Assembly (NCBI GenBank): GCA_965644295.1
Contig: CBFFRP010000543.1
Span: 1-23,054 of the forward strand
DNA length: 23,054 nt
Direction of reading: 5' to 3'
Source of the DNA: Paraphysomonas bandaiensis
Lineage: Eukaryota; Protista; Chrysophyceae
Positions 11,301-20,300 of the stretch are shown here, piece by piece; position 1 is the first letter of the stretch, and every line of letters begins with the position of its first letter. A program made the position numbers and the translations under genes. Below the pieces are notes generated by a model. The model saw only the letters and a list, made by a program, of their open reading frames with translations. It had not been told where the DNA came from and ran no database searches.

Positions 11301-14300
11301 AATGCTGAAAAATGGGGTGACCAATTCAACATCAGAAGTGCCGAACGGTGAAAACCCCCAACTACTAACAATAAGAATAGCATATTGATCGAAGTTAGGA
11401 CATCCATTGAATCCATCAGTAGGAAGGCCAAACGACGACACAGGGGAACCGTATGCGATTTCTTCTTCGGTTTGAGGGGCACTTAAAAGAAGTCCTTCCA
11501 AATCAGTCAAAAAGTCATACCTGAATGTGAGACGCAGATTAGGTGAACTAATCGTTGACGGAACTTGTCCTGGAATCATATCCTTCTCAACGTTTGCACG
11601 AAAAGAATTCAGAGCATCATAAACACTCTCAGAAACAGTTTGAAACTCAACGGACTGAACAAATTTTGATATCACTTCAGTTATGAGGGTTTCAATGCGG
11701 TCGGATTCACTGTCAGCGGAAGTAACACTAAGTTCATCGGCAAGGGCGCTAAGAGCATTCGCGCACATTTCAGAAGACTGAACGGAGAATACTTCGTCAT
11801 AACTAAAGAATACATTGAGCATTTGCGATAAAATGTCTATCTTCTCGATACTTGAATCCACATAGAATGACATATTTAGGAGGGCAACGCATAAATCACC
11901 TCTGGCACTATCTCTGGCAGATGCTTCTTCTAGAGTCAAACTACAATCACTTCCCGAAAATCCGCTGAAGCAAACACATTGTGCAACACAATTCGTATTA
12001 TCCGCAGTACAACTAGTACTAAATTCGTTGTACTGATAGTCCACAAATTGGCACTGCCCTTGTCCAGAGCACTGAGACCCATCATAGTTACTGACAGGGC
12101 ACGTTTTAAACGGTGTGGCACATAAACCAGCATCACATACGCCGTAACGACATTCATCATTTGAGGTACAAGACTGCCCAGTTAGCGCACCAGCGGAGGT
12201 GCATTCGAAATTTGAGTCACCAAAAACTCCGTCGAAGCCGGTTAAACATGAACCGCAGGTATGACTCGTAAGACGACAGTCTTCCCTATTCAATGAAGCG
12301 CAATCAGGAGCAAGTGTACAATTCGCTTTTTCTGCCAGACTAATAACATTCATGGCTTCTGTTAGCACATCTTGAGAAGCGTCTGTGTCGAATCGGTCAG
12401 TAATATCAAACGTAGATACAAGGTACGGGATTATTCCGCCGAATACAAAGGACTCCAGATCAGACGTATGTATATTTGAAGTCGTGACACTAAGAGACAA
12501 GCGACGGGAAGCAATTGCACTGTTGTAGATGTCGTAGATATCACTTTCCGATAGAGAAGATCGAACCATTTGTTCACCGATCGCATCCGAGTCCCATACA
12601 TCTCTCACCACAACTGCACAAGCAATCGCATTATTAGATGATACTAGACCTTCGGGCAATGTCGTGTATTTATACTGAACTTGTCCAACCGTACTTGCCT
12701 TTAAGGTATCAGCGTTTATATCGAAACTGTCGCTGATTTGATATAAAAAGTGATATGACAAAGGGTAGTCGTCGACTTCATCCTCCCAGTTAAAAGCGGA
12801 GAAGTAGAATTCTGTCGAATACGCTTTACCAGTTGACGGTGAAACAGAAAGAAAACCACCAGATGGTGGGGCATTGGGAGTAATGGACACTTCACTGAAA
12901 TGTACGGAGCTACTTGAATCAGTAACACTTAGTCGGAATGTGTACGTAACTCCCCCTGTCAGACTATTCTCATAAAGCGAAAGTGGAAAAGCCACACCAC
13001 TAGATAGTTGCTGGAACGTAAATTGGCGCTGCAATACTCCCAAACTTGCGGATTCTAAAGATAATTGATTGGACGACACCAGAGACCATTCCGCAGATAC
13101 ACCGTTAGGGTCATCAGATCGTATTGTACTTGAAAGTACTAGTTTCTTATCAGGGTCAAATATTGATGACAATTGATTCCCAACTGAAATTGCGCTTGTT
13201 TGAGTCGCGCTATCTTCAATAGTCAAAAGCATACGTGTCGAACTCTTCCTTGTAATACCTCCAACTGTTGATGACACAGTCAGCGTAAATGAGTATGAAT
13301 ATGAAGCTGTCAGGCTGTTAGCCAGAAGTGTGATTTCACTGGAGGTTCTCTCCGCCACTGAGAAAGAACTCAAACAGTTATCACCGAAGTTCATAGCAGA
13401 AACAACGGTACATGTCCAACTAAACGTCAATGATGAAGTATCACTATTGAGATCACTGTCGAAAGAAGGAGATCCATTTAGGACAACATCTCTATTCACA
13501 GCAGCGGTCATTGCAGTTTCACCAATACTATTTATTATTGCCCTCACATCACCACGCTTAATGTATAATCTGAAAGATGCACTGGATGACTTTTCAATAC
13601 CTTCATACGTGGCAGTCACAAACACAGAAACAGTATATGTTTTACCAACTTCGAATGTATATGCTTTTGAAGAAAATACACTAGGATTAACGCTACTGGA
13701 GGATATAGATTGAGTGGTGCCTCCTTGTATAACCTGCCATTCATACGTATACACAGCAGGGACTCTTGAGGTTATACCGCCAGTGCATACAGACATCGAA
13801 GCCACTGTCGATTTCGACAATTCTGCTGACCTTTGCATTGAAATATAGTTCGACCCTACGATACCAACAGTTAAAGTTGGCTCTTCGGCTATCACCTCAA
13901 TCGCTACTGTTTGGTATAGCAATGGCTCAGTCGAACTTTGAAGGAAGTTACGAGCACCTAAACTGATAAAATAAGTAGTCTGACGTAAGAACGAAACGGG
14001 AAATGATATTAAAGATGTCGTGTCTTTGTACGATTCCAGTAAGCTCGTCAGCATTGAGGTATCTCCACCATCTTCAGCTGAAACCTCCCAATCGAGATCT
14101 GCCCACGCTCTTCCCGCACGGCCAGTGGATTGTGTGGCATCAAGAGTTAAATTCTGACAACTACTGACTGGAGAGGGACCATGAAGAATAATATTAGCCG
14201 TAATCACAGGGAAAACTGTAGCTACAACTGCTGAGCTTCCATTAGAGTATACATTGTTACAAGGAACGGATACACATTGTGCACGAACCACGCCACCCAG

Positions 14301-17300
14301 AAGAAGTACGGTATCACCAGGAACAAGTGCATCTTCATCCGGAGTGATACCGTAATAATTGAGGGTAACAGTAACAACAGACGAGTTAGCCCACCGACAC
14401 GCAGCATTCTCTGCGCCTCCGAAGGAAAATATTAGGTCACAACGCCACAAGTCTCCATGACCACTTAATGCAGTTGTCCCCTGATCAGAAGCAGAGTTAA
14501 AGTATATCGACAGCACCTGACCAGCATATCCAATAACGGAACGAGTTAATTTCGGTGGTGGGTTCGACACATGTGATGTTACAATTTCAACAGATGTATT
14601 ACCGACAGAGTAATACTGTTCTTGTCCGCTCCCAGAAACATTCAGTCTAACATACACCATTCCACTGCTACCGTATATTAGAAACGATTTCATCAAATCA
14701 GTTGAATCGGCACTGAACGATAATTGAGCTGGAGCAGAGAATACGCCTGCTTCAACCACAGAAAGATCAGAATCACTATAAAAAATTGGAGTAACTGTAA
14801 TTTCAGTGCCGTTTTCAGGGGCAGAAGATATTGAGAATTCAAAAAGGTAGTCACTCAAAGCGGTTTGCGACAAAACAGAGTACGAGTCTAATGAAGAAAA
14901 CGCTTGCACAGGTACACTCGACACCTCTACCACATGACAACAGGGAGCAGTGTACAAAAACTCAGTGGCCAATGCATCACGATATGTACCAGCATTTCCT
15001 AAGGAATCTTCAGCGTAATAGTAAATGAAATACTTATGAAAAGGAATCAGACCGTCAATTTTTATTGTGGTATCGGTAAATCCCTCTGAAGTTGAGAAGT
15101 ACGCAGGCACTGCACGCGATCGGCCCTGAACCCTAATGTCGTCGATACTCGTGAACAGGGACGGGTCTTCAAACGCCCCAATATACAACACTCCTCCATA
15201 AGAGGTGGTGGTCACATTTACCGACACGGAAACTGCGACAGAAGAATCAGTTTCGGCACTTGCCGACTGAACAACTGGTACGGTACCAGCGGCAGGGACA
15301 TACATAGTCGGAACAAGTGTTGGCGCAACAGGACGCTCCGTTGCATCGACAGTTGTAGGCGTAGCAGTTGGTGACCGGGTCGGTCGGCGCGTTGGCGTCC
15401 TAGTCGGTGCATTTGTAGGCATAGGAGAAGGCCTAGCAGTAAAGTGACTGGGGTAAAATGTAGGGACCGCCGAAGGTTGGCTGCTGTCACCAGTAGAGCT
15501 TGGACAAACATCAATTCCAGGTTCCGTAACAATATTCAAACTCTCAGAGTCGAGCAAGCACTGTGCGACACAGTCGAAATTGTTTTTGTCGCTAGCTGAT
15601 GCTGAAGAATCAAATGTAATCAGCGTTTCAAGTGGAAGTTCACAAAGAGAGGATGGTATTTGTCCCCTATAACCATTGGCACTGATGTCAATATATGTCA
15701 ATGAGGACATAACGGCAAATACATCAAAGGCGTCGTCAACGAAATCAACTTGGAGATTTCTGAAAACAGCAATGTCGTGTGATAAAATTCGTCTAGATAA
15801 ACTCCCAAAACGGTTACCCTGAAGAGATAATGATTGCAAATTGGTAAGTCGACCCAATTCTTGAGGGATAGGTCCAACCAAATTGTTCAAAGAAAAATCA
15901 ATAGTAGTAAGATGGGTGAGGTCTCCAATATTCGATGGAATTGTCCCAGAGAGTCCGAGACCAGATAAACTCAGACCCACTATACTTCCACTCTCATCGC
16001 AGTCCATACCAGTCCAATTATCTTCACATATTGTGTTGCCGTTAGATGTAATCGGCTCACCATTACTGTCACATGTCCAGCCATGAACTGACGAGTTCGA
16101 CAAGGTAAACGAATTGGTGATCTCGCACAACGCCGCACTTATATCACTTACAGACTCAATCGTTGGCGAAGTAGTTGGCACAACAGTTAATACAGTCGGG
16201 AATATTGTTGGCATAGAAGTCAAAAACTCTGTTGGGTGCATACTCGGGTGATCAGTTGTCAGCAGAGTTGGACTTACAGTTGGACATGATGTTGGCGACA
16301 TGGTTGGGGCAACAGTCGGTATGTTTGTCGGGTGCAGTGTAGGAAGGACAGTTGGGGCAGCAGTCGGTGTGCTTGTCGGATGTAGTGTAGGTAGACCAGT
16401 TGGAGAATTTGTCTCGCCTTCCTTCGTTGGAGTAGACGTTATCGGCTGTCGACTCGGAACACCACTAGGTTCGATAGAAGGTACGACAGTCGGAACAACT
16501 GTAGGGAATGAAGTAGGAGATGTAGTTGGGGCTATCGTAGGCACGCTGGTTGGTGAATCCGTTGGAGAGAGCGTGGGTAACATGGTGGGGTCTACAGTTG
16601 GACTTACAGTTGGACATGATGTTGGCGACAAGGTTGGGGCAGCAGTCGGTGTGCTTGTCGGATGTAGTGTAGGTAGACCAGTTGGGGAATTTGTCTCGCC
16701 TTCCTTCGTTGGAGTAGACGTTATCGGCTGTCGACTCGGAACACCACTAGGTTCGATAGAAGGTACGACAGTCGGAACAACTGTAGGGAATGAAGTAGGA
16801 GATGTAGTTGGGGCTATCGTAGGCACGCTGGTTGGTGAATCCGTTGGAGAGAGCGTGGGTAACATGGTGGGGTCTACAGTTGGACTTACAGTTGGACATG
16901 ATGTTGGCGACAAGGTTGGGGCAGCAGTCGGTGTGCTTGTCGGATGTAGTGTAGGTAGACCAGTTGGGGAATTTGTGTCGCCTTCCTTCGTTGGAGTAGA
17001 CGTTATCGGCTGTCGACTCGGAACACCACTAGGTTCGATAGAAGGTACGACAGTCGGAACAACTGTAGGGAATGAAGTAGGAGATGTAGTTGGGGCTATC
17101 GTAGGCACGCTGGTTGGTGAATCCGTTGGAGAGAGCGTGGGTAACATGGTGGGGTCTACAGTTGGACTTACAGTTGGACATGATGTTGGCGACAAGGTTG
17201 GGGCAGCAGTCGGTGTGCTTGTCGGATGTAGTGTAGGAAGACCAGTTGGGGAATTTGTCTCGCCTTCCTTCGTTGGAGTAGACGTTATCGGCTGTCGACT

Positions 17301-20300
17301 CGGAACACCACTAGGTTCGATAGAAGGTACGACAGTCGGAACAACTGTAGGGAATGAAGTAGGAGATGTAGTTGGGGCTATCGTAGGCACGCTGGTTGGT
17401 GAATCCGTTGGAGAGAGCGTGGGTAACATGGTGGGGTCTACAGTTGGACTTACAGTTGGACATGATGTTGGCGACAAGGTTGGGGCAGCAGTCGGTGTGC
17501 TTGTCGGATGTAGTGTAGGAAGACCAGTTGGGGAATTTGTCTCGCCTTCCTTCGTTGGAGTAGACGTTATCGGCTGTCGACTCGGAACACCACTAGGTTC
17601 GATAGAAGGTACGACAGTCGGAACAACTGTAGGGAATGAAGTAGGAGATGTAGTTGGGGCTATCGTAGGCACGCTGGTTGGTGAATCCGTTGGAGAGAGC
17701 GTGGGTAACATGGTGGGGTCTACAGTTGGACTTACAGTTGGACATGATGTTGGCGACAAGGTTGGGGCAGCAGTCGGTGTGCTTGTCGGATGTAGTGTAG
17801 GAAGACCAGTTGGGGAATTTGTCTCGCCTCCCTTCGTTGGAGTAGACGTTATCGGCTGTCGACTCGGAACACCACTAGGTTCGACAGAAGGAGCAAACGT
17901 GGGTGATATTGAAGGCGACTGAGTAGGCATTGAAGACGGCACTGTAGTTGGTGAGAACGTGGGATACTGAGTTGGTGACAGTGTGGGATATTGAGTAGGC
18001 GATGCTGTAGGCGAAGATGTCGGCACTTCTGTTGGTAATGGAGTGGGTGACGTGGTTGGTGATGCTGTGGGCCATACCGTTGGAACTTCCGTCGGGCCAG
18101 ATGTTGGACGGACAGTTGGATAAACGGTAGGTACACTTGTTGGAATCACCGTAGGATAAGACGTCGGAAATAGTGTAGGATAAGGTGTATCCAAATTTAC
18201 TCCAGGACGACCTTCACATATATCGGAAATGTTCTTTAGCCTTTCCGGTTGGCAAACAGAGTTAATTACTGAAAACTGAAGCTCCTGGCCACCAGTTCCT
18301 GATACGCCACAGAACTTCCATGCAATACTCTCAGAATTGGGATAGAGCAAACCTGTTGCCCTAAAGAGATAGGATCCGTCGACTAAGCATGCATAACATT
18401 CGGACGACCCAGTGCCAGAGACATTTGCGACAACACTCCATGGAATACCATACGCCTGTAGATCACTCCTACTGTTCATATCTATAATGAACCAACCTGC
18501 ATTCTGATAATCGTTGTTGCTCGACAAACTAGTATTTCCACTGAGAGCAGTGCCGTAAGTTTCAACTACAAACTCATCACATGATGCCGCGACATTATCG
18601 TAAATATCGGATGCCTGTGTACCACATGTATTACTTTCCTCAGGTGTAACCCAAAGATTTTCCCACCACACTAAACTGTACAATCTATCATCTGCCGAGT
18701 AATCAAACACCAAGCTAGTGTTATAGCCACCATAGTACACACTTTGCGAAACACCATCTAAAACAAATTGTACAGTCCAGTGTATTTCCCAATAGAAATT
18801 TGGTACATCACTCAAAGATTTCAAAGCCAAATGATAAGTGTGATCTTCGTGCAAATAATAATTCGGAAGACAGCCACTTAATACAGATCGATTACATGAC
18901 GACAATGAAACACTAGACGTTTGGTTACTGCTGTCGAACCCATCAATTTCAATATAATAGTACAAATGGACGTCAGAATCCCAACCATCACCAAACGAAT
19001 CGTACACTGATATGTATAAACAGGTATCATCTTCACCAATGGGAAATAAATCGTTGGAGGTCGGACCCAACGTAGGAACAGAACTTGGAGTTGCAGAGGG
19101 AAAATCAGTAGGATCCTGAGTTGGAACTGGTGAAGGAACAATAGTGGGGACAGGTGTCGGTATCTGTGTCGGGAACAATGTAGGCACGAAGGTAGGAGAT
19201 ACAGTAGGTAATGCAGTAGGAGGTGATGTTTGACTACTTGTAGGCATTAGAGATGGCACAGACGAAGGCAAGTTAACAGCCTGTGGCGTAAACACCGCAC
19301 GACACACAGTACAAGAAGAAACGACATCCTGGGCACCAACGACAAAGGTAAACACAGTCTCCTCAGCCGTGTGAATCGTTTCCTCGTCCACACATTGATC
19401 TTCCTGGGTAATGATACTTGCGCCGGTAGTAGTACGATCAAATGCACGCAAACCAGTCGAATCCGACAAACTAGTGGAGCTCCCGACTGTGCCGAATATA
19501 CCAGGAAGAGTCAAGTAAGTGTATTGAAAGTTAATTTCCCGTTTAACATTAGTCACGCCGTTAAATATAGCACCCTCAAATGTTAAACCCTCAACACAAC
19601 TAATTGCAACAGAATCCGCAAACGAAAAGTAGGCCAAAGTTTCAGCTGTAGCATTCATCACATAGTAGGACGGATCGGATGAATCATGCGGCTGCAACAC
19701 TGCTCGGAAGAAGCGACGACCAACTACCAGTGTTCTAGGAATCAACAAACGATCATACACAAGCGTCTGAAGCTGCAATACCACTCCAGCATCCACACCT
19801 TCCGGATACGCACAATATATTGTCGATGACTCACATCCAGGCGGGAAATTGAATCGAACGAAATTAGCATTGTTACTGGGATCATTATCCTGTCTGGTAA
19901 TTGGACCTTCACCAACCACAAACATATTGTTTGAAACATTGTACACGCCATGCTCAGCAACCATCCATGTTAGAGACATTGCCGGAGATATAGGCTCTGG
20001 TATCGCCCACTCCTTCGAACAGTAACTATCATTTGCTTGGTAGATGCGAGTCTCAAAAGTTACGGTCCCAGACAATGTCTGGACATTTCGAACTCTAGCA
20101 ATCGCAGGATAACCATCAGATGAAGTTTCTCCCGGAATATTCGGAAGACTCACAAAAACACTAGCGTTAGAAAATGTACTAACAGATGTAGATATTGTCA
20201 CCCACTCCTGGTCATCAACACTGGCTATTCCGCCTTCAATCCAATAGTAGTTGATCGCCTCTTTATGTACAAGATCGAACACATGAAGAGAACTATTGAC

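Noticed and set aside
16300-17922. 540-aa Val/Gly-rich plus-strand ORF (also 21448..21771)
   Set aside because: Expected antisense mirror of Pro/Thr/Ser codons (CCN/ACN read as Gly/Val); no independent coding evidence.
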